64,000 nucleotides of DNA. It comes from Clostridia bacterium (GTDB lineage Bacteria; Bacillota; Clostridia; Oscillospirales; CAG-272). The notes under the pieces were generated by a model. That model had not been told where the DNA came from and searched no databases. It was given only the letters and a program-made list of their open reading frames with translations. The position numbers and the translations under genes were made by a program. Location: NCBI GenBank assembly GCA_017623975.1, contig JAGANX010000037.1, positions 310 to 64,309 of the forward strand, given 5' to 3'. This document shows positions 54,332 to 62,695 of this stretch, piece by piece. The first letter of the stretch is position 1. Each line of letters begins with the position of its first letter.

Positions 54332-56931
54332 CTCTTCTCTCCTTTGTATAAAAGTTTACCGGTAAGCTTTCGTAAAAAATCAAAAATAACAACTGTAAAT
54401 GAAATGCCTACCACCTTGAATAAATCCACTATTTCCAGCGGTACAGCTCTAAAAGTTTCACCGCCAAAATAGATAAATGCCATTTGCATAACGGAAATGA
54501 ATATCATTATTACCAAAAACGACTTATTCTTTCCTATGTTTGAAAGCACATTTAGTCTTGTCGTTCTTGCTGTAAAGCAAGCAAATATACCTGTAAAAAT
54601 AAACATGGCAAAGAATGCACTAAGAATGTATTTGTCGTCTCCACGCATCAAAATCATGGGCAGAGTGTCGCTTTTTAAGAACCAAACGCACAGTATAAGA
54701 ACATACCCGGCTGTAAAAATAATTTGCTTTGCCATACCTCTTGATATTATTTGTTCCTTGTCTGACTTTGGGCGTCTTCGCATATATTCAGGCAAATGCG
54801 GCTCCTTTGCAAAGGCAAGGGCACCTAAGGTATCCATAATAATATTTACCCACAGCATTTGTGTAACGGTTACAGGATTATCAATTCCAATAAGCGGTCC
54901 GAGCAATGAAATGCCCACAGCTGCTAAATTCATAGTAAGCTGGAAAACTATAAATTTTCTAATCGACTCAAATATCGTTCTTCCGTAAAGGATTGCCTTA
55001 GCTATTGAAGCAAAGTTATTATCTCCTATAACTATGTCGCATGCCTCCTTCGCCACCTCTGTGCCTGAGCCCATTCCAAAGCCCACATCTGCTGCTTTCA
55101 GTGACGGTGAGTCGTTTATTCCGTCACCGGTCATACCTACTACATATCCGCAGCTTTGTGCAACCCTGACGAGCCTGCTTTTGTCAGACGGTAACGCCCT
55201 GGCAACTACCGCCAGCCGAGGCAATATAGTGCTGATTTCTTCATCGCTCATTTGTTCAAGCATACTGCCTGTTATCACTGTATCTCTTTTGGAAAGCAAA
55301 GAAATAATACCCGTATCCTTCGCAATTGCTCTTGCAGTATTAGGGTTATCCCCCGTTATCATAACAACGCCAACGCCTGCGCCCTGCACGCTTTTTATAG
55401 CACTTGGTACTTCTTTTCTTATTCTATCCCTAATTGCAACTAATGAAACAAAAACCAAATCATTTAATGAGGTTGAATTTCCATTTTTAAAAGCAAGGGC
55501 TACTACACGATATGCGCTTTCACCCAATTCCTTCAAATTCCTTTGTAGGCAGCCCGTTATTTCCTTACTAAGCGCACTTATGCTCCCATCCTTATCAACG
55601 TACCAGGTTGATGCGCTGATTAATTTTTCGGGTGCACCTTTAAACAGCATAACTTCCTTGCCTTCAAATTCCGTGCTTACACAGCTATATTTTTTCGCGC
55701 TGTCAAAGGGTATTTTTCCCTTTACATTACAATGCACTTCACTTGATACAAAAAACTCCTTTAAGCACCTGTCCGTTGCGTCACTTCCTATTGCACGTTT
55801 ACCGTTATAGGTTGCATTGTTGCAAAAATTCGCACACAGGGTCACATATTTTTCATATTCCTTTGCTTTTTTCAAGGAGTTTAGGGTTGTATATTTTTCT
55901 CCCCTTGCGGTATAGATTTCTTTAACCTTCAATTTACCTTCCGTCAAGGTTCCTGTTTTATCGGTAAATAAAAGATTTATATTACCCGAGGTTTCGATAC
56001 CAACCATTTTGCGTACCAAAACATTATCCTTCATCATTTTTTTCATATTAGAGGAAAGAACCACGGTTATCATCATAGGCAGTCCCTCGGGCACTGCCAC
56101 AACAACAATAGAAACAGCCAAGGTCAAGGCATTTAAAAGCTTGGAAAGAACAAATTTAATGTCCTTTGCCATTAAAAGAGTTTGTGACCAATCAAAGCCC
56201 GTATCCAAAATAAAGGTGTTAAATAAATAGGCGAAGGCAACCAAAACTGAGGCTATATATCCAAGCCCGCTAATGCTTTTTGCAAGGCTTGACAGTCTTT
56301 TCTTTAATGGGCTTGGGCGGGTTTGCCCACGCAGCTCCTGCGCAACCTTACCGTAGTACGTGTTTTCCCCTACGCCCTCAACCACTGCTTTGCAGTCTCC
56401 GCTTAGTACCAAGCTGCCCTTTAAAAGCTTATCTCCTGCCTTTTTATGAACCTCAGTACTTTCTCCCGTAAGGGCGCTTTCATCAACATATATTTCTCCA
56501 AAGGTAACAATAGCATCCGCAACCACACTCTGCCCTGCATTTACTATGTATAAGTCCCCTACAACTACTTCTTCACTCTTAATTTCGCACACGTCCCCGT
56601 CTCTTTTCACAATTGCGGTTATATTTTTGTTCTGCTCCTTTAATTTTTCAAAGGTGTTCTCCGAGCTATATTCCGAAACCGTGGAGACTAAGCTTGCTAT
56701 AATAATTGATGATAAAATTCCGCCGCTTTCAAACCAATTTACATTGGGAAACATAAAAATTATATTTATAAAAAATGCCCCAATCAGCACTTTTATTATT
56801 GGGTCATTCAGGTTAGATAAAAAGCACTTGAAAAAGCTTTTCCTTTTATATTCCTTCAATTTGTTCTCTCCGTATCTTTCACGGGATTTTATTACATCTT
56901 CCTTACTCAATCCTTTTTCATTTTCCTGCAA
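54295..56931 (-). CDS. P-type (P2, Ca2+-type) cation-translocating ATPase
   Basis: 878 aa. Motifs: DKTGTLTEG phosphorylation site, MITGDNPNTA and MTGDGINDSPSLKAADVG. The N-terminus is a cation-ATPase LSKEDVIKSRERYGENKL. Confidence 0.9.
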   Translation of the reverse strand: MQENEKGLSKEDVIKSRERYGENKLKEYKRKSFFKCFLSNLNDPIIKVLIGAFFINIIFMFPNVNWFESGGILSSIIIASLVSTVSEYSSENTFEKLKEQNKNITAIVKRDGDVCEIKSEEVVVGDLYIVNAGQSVVADAIVTFGEIYVDESALTGESTEVHKKAGDKLLKGSLVLSGDCKAVVEGVGENTYYGKVAQELRGQTRPSPLKKRLSSLAKSISGLGYIASVLVAFAYLFNTFILDTGFDWSQTLLMAKDIKFVLSKLLNALTLAVSIVVVAVPEGLPMMITVVLSSNMKKMMKDNVLVRKMVGIETSGNINLLFTDKTGTLTEGKLKVKEIYTARGEKYTTLNSLKKAKEYEKYVTLCANFCNNATYNGKRAIGSDATDRCLKEFFVSSEVHCNVKGKIPFDSAKKYSCVSTEFEGKEVMLFKGAPEKLISASTWYVDKDGSISALSKEITGCLQRNLKELGESAYRVVALAFKNGNSTSLNDLVFVSLVAIRDRIRKEVPSAIKSVQGAGVGVVMITGDNPNTARAIAKDTGIISLLSKRDTVITGSMLEQMSDEEISTILPRLAVVARALPSDKSRLVRVAQSCGYVVGMTGDGINDSPSLKAADVGFGMGSGTEVAKEACDIVIGDNNFASIAKAILYGRTIFESIRKFIVFQLTMNLAAVGISLLGPLIGIDNPVTVTQMLWVNIIMDTLGALAFAKEPHLPEYMRRRPKSDKEQIISRGMAKQIIFTAGYVLILCVWFLKSDTLPMILMRGDDKYILSAFFAMFIFTGIFACFTARTTRLNVLSNIGKNKSFLVIMIFISVMQMAFIYFGGETFRAVPLEIVDLFKVVGISFTVVIFDFLRKLTGKLLYKGEKRCGKINISMKAN

Positions 56932-57097
56932 TATATCACGCTCCTTTTTGTATATAAATATTCAAAATATAAAAAAATATACCCTAAAAAGCATAGGCAC
57001 GATAAAAACAGTAAATTTTACTTTTTTCGACAAACGGGTTTACAAGGAAGCATTTTTTTGATACAATAAAAATAGAAATAACAAAGGAGGTTTCAAT

Positions 57098-57496
57098 ATG
57101 GGAAAATTCGTTATTAAAAAGACACCGTCAGGAGGCTTTAATTTCAGCCTTTTTGCAAGCAATATGGAGAAAATTGCAGTGTCCTCACAGGTTTATACCA
57201 CAAAAGCCGCTTGTAAAAACGGTATGGTAAGCGTTGGCAAGCACGCAGTTAAATGCATTGAGGAAAACAAAATCGAGGACCAAACCCTTAAAAAGGTTGA
57301 GGGCAAAACCTGCCCTAAATTTGAAATTTACTTTGACAAGGCAGGGCTTTACAGATACCGTTTAATTGCTTCAAACGGCGAAAGTATCGCAATGAGTGAG
57401 GATGGCTATAAATCCAAAAGCGGCTGCATAAACGGCATTAAAAGCGTTAGCGTAAATGCACCGAATGCTGAAATTATTGATGAAACACAGAAATAA
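57098..57496 (+). CDS. YegP-family (tandem DUF1508) protein
   Basis: 132 aa. Two repeats of the type F.L.A.NGE.I..S..Y.SK..C.NGI.SV (FSLFASNMEKIAVSSQVYTTKAACKNGMVSV and YRLIASNGESIAMSEDGYKSKSGCINGIKSV). Confidence 0.8.
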   Translation: MGKFVIKKTPSGGFNFSLFASNMEKIAVSSQVYTTKAACKNGMVSVGKHAVKCIEENKIEDQTLKKVEGKTCPKFEIYFDKAGLYRYRLIASNGESIAMSEDGYKSKSGCINGIKSVSVNAPNAEIIDETQK

Positions 57497-57534
57497 AAAA
57501 TGAGCATAACGAGAACTCGTTATGCTCATTTTTA
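57495..57534. terminator. Bidirectional intrinsic terminator between yegP-like gene and valS
   Basis: ATGAGCATAACGAG-aa-CTCGTTATGCTCAT is a 14-bp stem flanked by an A-run and a T-run. Confidence 0.85.
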
Positions 57535-57539
57535 TTTAA

Positions 57540-60164
57540 TTAAAGTGCCTTTATGGCATCCAAGATGCCTGCCTTTTGGCTTTCGTACTTTTCAAGCTTA
57601 GCTTTTTCGCCGGCTACTACCTTTTCAGGCGCTTTGTTAACGAATTCAGCATTTGAAAGCTTCTTAACAAGACGGTCGATTTCGTTATCAACCTTTTTAA
57701 GCTCCTCGTTCAAGCGTGCCTTTTCCTTTTCTGTATCAACCATTTCAGCCATTGGAATATATACGGTTGCACAAGCGGTGATGATTTGCACCGCATTTTC
57801 CCCTGCGTACTCGGAAACTACCTCAACCTCGGAGGCAGATGCAAGCTTCTTGAAGAATTCCGCTGTTGTGTCATTAAAGCTGTCAGCATACTTTGTAGAA
57901 ATGAAAATTTTTGCCTTTCTTGACGGTGGAACGTTCATTTCTGTTCTTCTTTGACGAATTGCACGGATAGTTTCGATAACCCTTTCCATTGTTTCGCTTT
58001 CAAGGGCGAAGCTATATTCTTCCTTTACCTCAGGATATGTGGAAATCATAATGCTTTCGCAGTCCTCAAAGTGAGGAAGTGACAAGTAAATTTCCTCTGT
58101 GATAAATGGCATAAATGGGTGAAGAAGCTTCAAAAGTGATTCAAGAACATATACAATTACATTTTGTGAAGCTATATTTGCATCAGTGCCTTTGTTTGAA
58201 AGCGTTGTCTTTGAAAGCTCAATATACCAGTCGCAGAACACGTCCCAAATGAAGCTGTAAATCTCGCCAAGGGCAATACCAAGCTCGTATGAATCAAGGT
58301 TATCGCGAACACGCTTGATAAGACCGTTCAATTGGTTCAAAACCCACTTGTCTTGGATACCAAGCTTGTCAACAGATGGCATTTCAACCTTTTCAATATC
58401 AAGGTTCATCATAACGAAGCGGGCGGCGTTCCAAAGCTTGTTTGCAAAGTTTCTCGCACTCTCAATCTTTTCATCGGAGAAACGCATATCATTTCCCGGG
58501 GAGTTACCTGTTGCCAAGGCAAAGCGGAGTGCGTCAGCACCGTATTTTTCAATTATAAGAAGTGGGTCAATACCGTTGCCTAAGGACTTGGACATTTTAC
58601 GTCCCTGCGCATCACGGACAAGACCGTGGATAAGCACTGTGTCAAATGGCTTTTCACCCATATATTCAAGACCGCTGAATATCATTCTTGATACCCAGAA
58701 GGTAATAATATCGTAACCTGTTACAAGAGTGTTTGTTGGATAGAAATACTTCAAATCCTCTGTTTCTTTTGGCCAACCAAGTGTGGAAAACGGCCAAAGT
58801 GCAGAACTGAACCAAGTGTCAAGTGTGTCAGGGTCCTGACGCATTTCCTTACCGCATTTTGGACATTTTGCATGTCCTTCCTTTGTTACAACGATTTCAT
58901 CACAATCATCGCAGTAGAAGGCGGGAATTCTATGTCCCCACCAAAGCTGACGGGAAATACACCAGTCACGGATATTTTCCATCCAGTGGAAATAGTTTTT
59001 CTCAAATCTTTCAGGTACGAACTTAATGTCGCCCTCTCTTACAGCCTTAATAGCAGGCTGTGCAAGCTCCTCCATTTTTACAAACCATTGGAGTGAAACT
59101 CTTGGCTCAACGGTTGTACCGCAGCGGTAGCAAGTACCAACATTGTGTGAGTAGTCCTCAACCTTTATAAGATAGCCTTGCTCGTCAAGGTCACGCACGA
59201 TTGCTTTTCTCGCCTCGTATCTATCCATACCGGCATAAGCAGGATAATCCTCGGTGATTTTTGCATCAGGTGTCATAACGTTGATAATAGGCAAATTATG
59301 GCGCTTACCAACCTCAAAGTCGTTAGGGTCATGGGCAGGGGTGATTTTAACAACGCCCGTACCAAAGTCCATTTCAACATACTCGTCCGCTACAACAGGA
59401 ATTTCTCTGCCTATTAGCGGAATTACAAGGGTTTTGCCGATTATATTTTTATATCTTTCATCATTAGGGTTTACCGCAACCGCAGTATCACCAAGCATAG
59501 TTTCAGGACGGGTTGTAGCAAATTCAAGATAACCGCTACCGTCCTTAAACGGATACTTAATGTGCCAGAAGTGTCCTGCTTGGTCCTCATATTCAACCTC
59601 GGCATCGGAAATTGACGTTAAGCAGTGAGGACACCAGTTAATAATTCTTTCGCCGCGATAAATCTTACCCATGTTATAAAGGCGAACAAATACCTCTTTA
59701 ACAGCCTCGGAGCATCCCTCGTCCATTGTAAAGCGCTCTCTTGACCAGTCACAGGAGGAGCCTAATTTTTTAAGCTGAGAGATAATTCTGCCACCGTACT
59801 GCTCCTTCCAAGCCCAAGCACGCTCTAAAAAGCCGTCTCTACCAATATCGTCCTTTGTTACGCCCTCTTTACGCATAGCCTCAACAATTTTTGCCTCGGT
59901 AGCGATAGATGCGTGGTCTGTGCCCGGGAGCCAAAGGGTGCAAAAGCCACTCATTCTCTTATAACGAATGAGAATGTCCTGCAAGGTATTATCAAGAGCG
60001 TGACCCATGTGAAGCTGTCCCGTAATATTTGGTGGTGGGATAACTATCGAATAGTGTGGCTTTGAATGGTCGATAACAGGGGTGAAATACTTTTTATCGC
60101 ACCAATTATTGTAAATTCTTTCCTCAAACTCATTTGGGGAGTAGGTTTTGTTTAATTCTTTCAT
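57540..60164 (-). CDS. valS: Valine--tRNA ligase
   Basis: 874 aa from MKELNKTYSP (ATG 60164, AAGGAGA RBS). It has HIGH-type PNITGQLHMGHAL, KMSKSLGN and a C-terminal coiled coil. Confidence 0.95.
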   Translation of the reverse strand: MKELNKTYSPNEFEERIYNNWCDKKYFTPVIDHSKPHYSIVIPPPNITGQLHMGHALDNTLQDILIRYKRMSGFCTLWLPGTDHASIATEAKIVEAMRKEGVTKDDIGRDGFLERAWAWKEQYGGRIISQLKKLGSSCDWSRERFTMDEGCSEAVKEVFVRLYNMGKIYRGERIINWCPHCLTSISDAEVEYEDQAGHFWHIKYPFKDGSGYLEFATTRPETMLGDTAVAVNPNDERYKNIIGKTLVIPLIGREIPVVADEYVEMDFGTGVVKITPAHDPNDFEVGKRHNLPIINVMTPDAKITEDYPAYAGMDRYEARKAIVRDLDEQGYLIKVEDYSHNVGTCYRCGTTVEPRVSLQWFVKMEELAQPAIKAVREGDIKFVPERFEKNYFHWMENIRDWCISRQLWWGHRIPAFYCDDCDEIVVTKEGHAKCPKCGKEMRQDPDTLDTWFSSALWPFSTLGWPKETEDLKYFYPTNTLVTGYDIITFWVSRMIFSGLEYMGEKPFDTVLIHGLVRDAQGRKMSKSLGNGIDPLLIIEKYGADALRFALATGNSPGNDMRFSDEKIESARNFANKLWNAARFVMMNLDIEKVEMPSVDKLGIQDKWVLNQLNGLIKRVRDNLDSYELGIALGEIYSFIWDVFCDWYIELSKTTLSNKGTDANIASQNVIVYVLESLLKLLHPFMPFITEEIYLSLPHFEDCESIMISTYPEVKEEYSFALESETMERVIETIRAIRQRRTEMNVPPSRKAKIFISTKYADSFNDTTAEFFKKLASASEVEVVSEYAGENAVQIITACATVYIPMAEMVDTEKEKARLNEELKKVDNEIDRLVKKLSNAEFVNKAPEKVVAGEKAKLEKYESQKAGILDAIKAL

Positions 60165-60194
60165 ATATTTTCTCCTTGCGTTATTGTACAAAAT

Positions 60195-60420
60195 AAAAAA
60201 CGCCCCGACAAAAGCTGTCAGGGCGCAAAATACGCGGTACCACCTGAATTCGTATCAAAAATACGCACTCTATACTCTATAACGTGAGTTGCCCGTTGAT
60301 GGCTACTACTATTTCGCCGTCACCGCTCCAAAGCTACTTCACAGACATTTGCCTACTGTCTTGCACCAATCGACAGCTCTCTGTAAGGTTATCTTCTGTT
60401 ACTCCTCTTTTTCCTTGCGT
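60195..60420 (-). promoter_or_regulatory. T-box riboswitch leader of valS (candidate specifier GUA = Val)
   Basis: Minus strand carries AGAGGAGTAAC and CAGAGAGC...TGGTGCAAG (stem I elements), then GAAGTAG (GTA = rc of 60335-60337). The T-box core AGGTGGTACCGCG is the rc of 60233-60245. The terminator is CGCCCTGAC-agctttt-GTCGGGGCG plus TTTTTT (60195-60225). Confidence 0.85.
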
Positions 60421-60427
60421 TTAGACT

Positions 60428-60456
60428 ATTTTAGCACAAATATATTAAATTGTCAA
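60428..60456 (-). promoter_or_regulatory. Sigma-A-type promoter of the valS T-box leader
   Basis: Minus strand reads TTGACA (rc of 60451-60456), a 17-nt spacer, then TAAAAT (rc of 60428-60433) with TG at the extended -10. Confidence 0.65.
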
Positions 60457-60494
60457 TATTATTATTTTAAAATAACTATGCACTCACGTAAATT

Positions 60495-60535
60495 AAAAAA
60501 TCAAGGTCTATTACTTGACAGACCTTGATTTTTTT
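60495..60535 (-). terminator. Intrinsic terminator closing the transcription unit upstream of the valS promoter
   Basis: aaaaaatcaaggtct-attacttgac-agaccttgattttttt is a 9-bp stem with A/T-run flanks. On the minus strand a T6 run follows it. Confidence 0.75.
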
Positions 60536-60583
60536 GTTAATGGTTATAGGCAGTTACCGCAAAAATCAATTTGTGGCGGTCCT

Positions 60584-60607
60584 TAGCCTTACGGAAATCG
60601 AACCCGT
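60584..60607. repeat. Left arm of a 24-nt inverted repeat; its minus-strand reading is tRNA T-arm/acceptor-like (ACGGGTTCGATTTCCGTAAGGCTA)
   Basis: tagccttacggaaatcgaacccgt. Its reverse complement matches 60838-60861 at 22 of 24 positions. Confidence 0.8.
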
Positions 60608-60837
60608 TTGTCTCGGAACGACAAATCCGTGAGCCTTTGTCCGACCTTTGATTTGAAAGTTTTTTAACTGTCTGCACCAAAGCTCGAAAAAATTCTCTAC
60701 GGATTTATTCGTTCGGAGATGCGAGCAGTTTCAAATGAGAAAATAGGTTGGATTACAAGGCAAAAAAGTGCAGGCAATTAAAGAATTGTCAAACTTTTTT
60801 AACACAGTAAGGCAAGCTATTTTCCATTTCAAACCAA

Positions 60838-60861
60838 ATGGGTTCGATTCCCGTAAGGCTA
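60838..60861. repeat. Right arm of the 24-nt inverted repeat (ATGGGTTCGATTCCCGTAAGGCTA on the + strand)
   Basis: Read directly. It contains the GGTTCGATTCC T-loop consensus followed by 7 nt complementary to the outer 7 nt of the left arm. Confidence 0.8.
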
Positions 60862-60921
60862 CACGCTACTGTCATTCTGAGTATAGCGAAGAACCCTTTA
60901 ACCGATTTAATTTCACGCCTT

Positions 60922-62292
60922 TTAATATAAGCCTTTTGCAATTTCGTTATAAGAAACAGACGTTACGTTTTGGCTGTAACCGTTGTCTTGGCAATATATA
61001 ACCTTCTCCCCGTTATATACATAGCCTGCAATTACAAGCGCATAATCCTTGAAGCTATCATCAATATCTATAATTTTAAATTCATAGGTCAAATATCCAA
61101 AGTCGCTAATATTGGCTTTTACTACGTTAGCCTTATCAAATACATTAACCTCGCCTGTTTCGCTGTTCAACGGACTCTGTCCTCCAAGCGCATCATACAA
61201 AGTAAACACTGCACCAAATTCAAGAGTACCTTCATAAGAATTTATCTTATCATAATCAATATCGTATCCTGCGCAAAGTGACTTTCCGTCAGGGCCGACA
61301 GAATAGCCTTTGAAAGTAAATATTTCCATTGGAGAAGTGTCTTCTTTTTCACTTGTGTCAATTACTAATGCAGGGACTACGCCATCGAAAGTAATGTCAA
61401 CAGCCCAATCACTAATTCTTCCATTATCAAAAACATTTCTTACACAAGGAGTATTTTTGCTCGTACCAGGAGACCTAAGCCACCAATATCCATTTGAAGA
61501 CTCACCAACATACGCATTTTGTGATTGCGCATATTGTGTTGGTTTCTTCGTTTTCAAAGCATCAGTTGGTAAATATGTCGTTGCTTCTTCATAACTAAGC
61601 AAGAACACCTTATCCTCTGTATCCTCACAAACATATGGATTTGAAGCAATGCCTGTGCTTTCTTCGCCATTATTTACAGTTGTCGTAAGAATAATTTGTT
61701 TCTCTAAATCATTGAATGCGGTACAATAAAAAGTTTCATTGAGCCATTTTCTTATAGTGCTCTCTGCGTAATTATTAAGATAAATATCGTTTTCCTTGTA
61801 ATCAACCGGTTGGCTGTCAATTATCATATCACATAGGATCAGTGCTTTATTGTCATTTTCGCTCAATATTGTCCAACTTACAGGCTCATACTGAAACCAA
61901 TATATGTTATTTGTAAAAAAACCATTATCATCTTGATATGAGTCACTGGATGTTCCACTTAGACTGCACCAACTCGAGCGATATGAAATAAAATACACAC
62001 CTCTGTATTTTTCGCCATCCTGTTCTATATCTATATACCACATAAAACTCTTGATTTCATAGTTAGCGTAATAGCCGTAGTCAGTCCAAGCCTGAGAATT
62101 AGAGCTTGTTGGTAATGTGCCCGCTTTTTCGTTCAAAGCCGCTATTGTGGCAGTATCTGTCACCTTGCTTTGTGGGTATGAGCCGAAATAAATCTTGTTT
62201 CCGTCCCTTGTGTATATTTCATCAGCAGAAACTGCCAAAGCAGCAAGGAACACGGAAACAACTGTACAGAATAAAATTAAAAACTTTTTCAT
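60922..62292 (-). CDS. Secreted protein with FGSYPQ...WWLRSPG domain (DUF6273-like, from memory) and a C-terminal beta-rich domain shared with the LRR protein at 1-2111
   Basis: 456 aa. Signal peptide MKKFLILFCTVVSVFLAALAVSA. Motifs: YFGSYPQS, IRKWLNETF, KVFLLSYEEA, GYWWLRSPG and GVVPALVI. Confidence 0.7.
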   Translation of the reverse strand: MKKFLILFCTVVSVFLAALAVSADEIYTRDGNKIYFGSYPQSKVTDTATIAALNEKAGTLPTSSNSQAWTDYGYYANYEIKSFMWYIDIEQDGEKYRGVYFISYRSSWCSLSGTSSDSYQDDNGFFTNNIYWFQYEPVSWTILSENDNKALILCDMIIDSQPVDYKENDIYLNNYAESTIRKWLNETFYCTAFNDLEKQIILTTTVNNGEESTGIASNPYVCEDTEDKVFLLSYEEATTYLPTDALKTKKPTQYAQSQNAYVGESSNGYWWLRSPGTSKNTPCVRNVFDNGRISDWAVDITFDGVVPALVIDTSEKEDTSPMEIFTFKGYSVGPDGKSLCAGYDIDYDKINSYEGTLEFGAVFTLYDALGGQSPLNSETGEVNVFDKANVVKANISDFGYLTYEFKIIDIDDSFKDYALVIAGYVYNGEKVIYCQDNGYSQNVTSVSYNEIAKGLY

Positions 62293-62308
62293 TTTGTTTC
62301 CTATCTCC

Positions 62309-62464
62309 CTATTTTAAAATATCAAATATGCTTGCCGATACATTGGCATTTGTATCATTTGTTTGCGTTAACTTCGCGCCGCCCTCTAATTGAGTTGAAG
62401 ATGCCAAAACAATATCACTTGTTTCAACCAATTCTCTTTCATAAATAGGCATCTTGTATTCCAT
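62309..62464 (-). CDS. Unlisted 51-aa ORF (below the track cutoff) with a strong RBS, 16 nt upstream of the 456-aa gene
   Basis: Hand translation: MEYKMPIYERELVETSDIVLASSTQLEGGAKLTQTNDTNANVSASIFDILK. GGAGG lies at 62476-62472, 7 nt before ATG 62464. The TAG stop is at 62311-62309. Confidence 0.4.
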   Translation of the reverse strand: MEYKMPIYERELVETSDIVLASSTQLEGGAKLTQTNDTNANVSASIFDILK

Positions 62465-62482
62465 TATGTCCCCTCCTTTTCT

Positions 62483-62534
62483 AAAAAAGCAAACCGCTTA
62501 GACACAGGAAGCACCTGTGCCTAAGCGGTTTTTT
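62483..62534 (-). terminator. Very strong intrinsic terminator hairpin sitting directly before the small-ORF RBS (GH43 terminator and/or attenuator)
   Basis: Minus strand reads AAACCGCTTAGGCACAGG-tgctt-CCTGTGTCTAAGCGGTTT: an 18-bp stem with one G-U, followed by GCTTTTTT. The RBS starts 6 nt later. Confidence 0.75.
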
Positions 62535-62614
62535 ACTAATAATTATTGCGTGACAAAATTACAGAGCCTAAGCCCTGCTCAAATGAACAAGTATATTGCC
62601 TGCCTGCCTCTAAG

Positions 62615-62643
62615 ATTATCTCACCCTTCATTTCTTTTGTCAA
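62615..62643 (-). promoter_or_regulatory. Sigma-A-type promoter P2 upstream of the terminator-containing leader
   Basis: Minus strand reads TTGACA (rc of 62638-62643), a 17-nt spacer, then GATAAT (rc of 62615-62620). Confidence 0.5.
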
Positions 62644-62664
62644 CCTTTTTGTTAAATTTATTAA

Positions 62665-62693
62665 ATTATATCACTATCATTTTAAAAAGTCAA
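62665..62693 (-). promoter_or_regulatory. Sigma-A-type promoter P1 immediately after the GH43 stop codon
   Basis: Minus strand reads TTGACT (rc of 62688-62693), a 17-nt spacer, then TATAAT (rc of 62665-62670). Confidence 0.5.
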
Positions 62694-62695
62694 TA

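Noticed and set aside
55034-55810. 258-aa + strand ORF; similar antisense ORFs at 54497-54988 and 56546-57061
   Set aside because: They are antisense to the P-type ATPase, which carries DKTGT/TGDN/GDGxND motifs. Long shadow ORFs are expected opposite a long gene.
60573-60650. Possible tRNA or tmRNA gene on the minus strand (T-arm ACGGG-TTCGATT-TCCGT, downstream ...CCGCCA)
   Set aside because: No cloverleaf can be drawn. The adjacent stem-loop (loop GTTCCGA) abuts the T-stem with no variable region, and NCCA does not follow a 7-nt acceptor strand. As a tmRNA it lacks the GGGG 5' end, the G3:U70 pair, a tag ORF and the usual ~350-nt length. The element is kept as an unexplained repeat instead.
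60862-60890. GTCATTCTGAGTATAGCGAAGAACC, which resembles a short repeat motif (GTCATTCTGAGCGnnGCGAAGAATC-like) I recall seeing scattered in various bacterial genomes
   Set aside because: There is only one copy in this window and my recollection is imprecise, so I cannot support a repeat-family call from this sequence alone.
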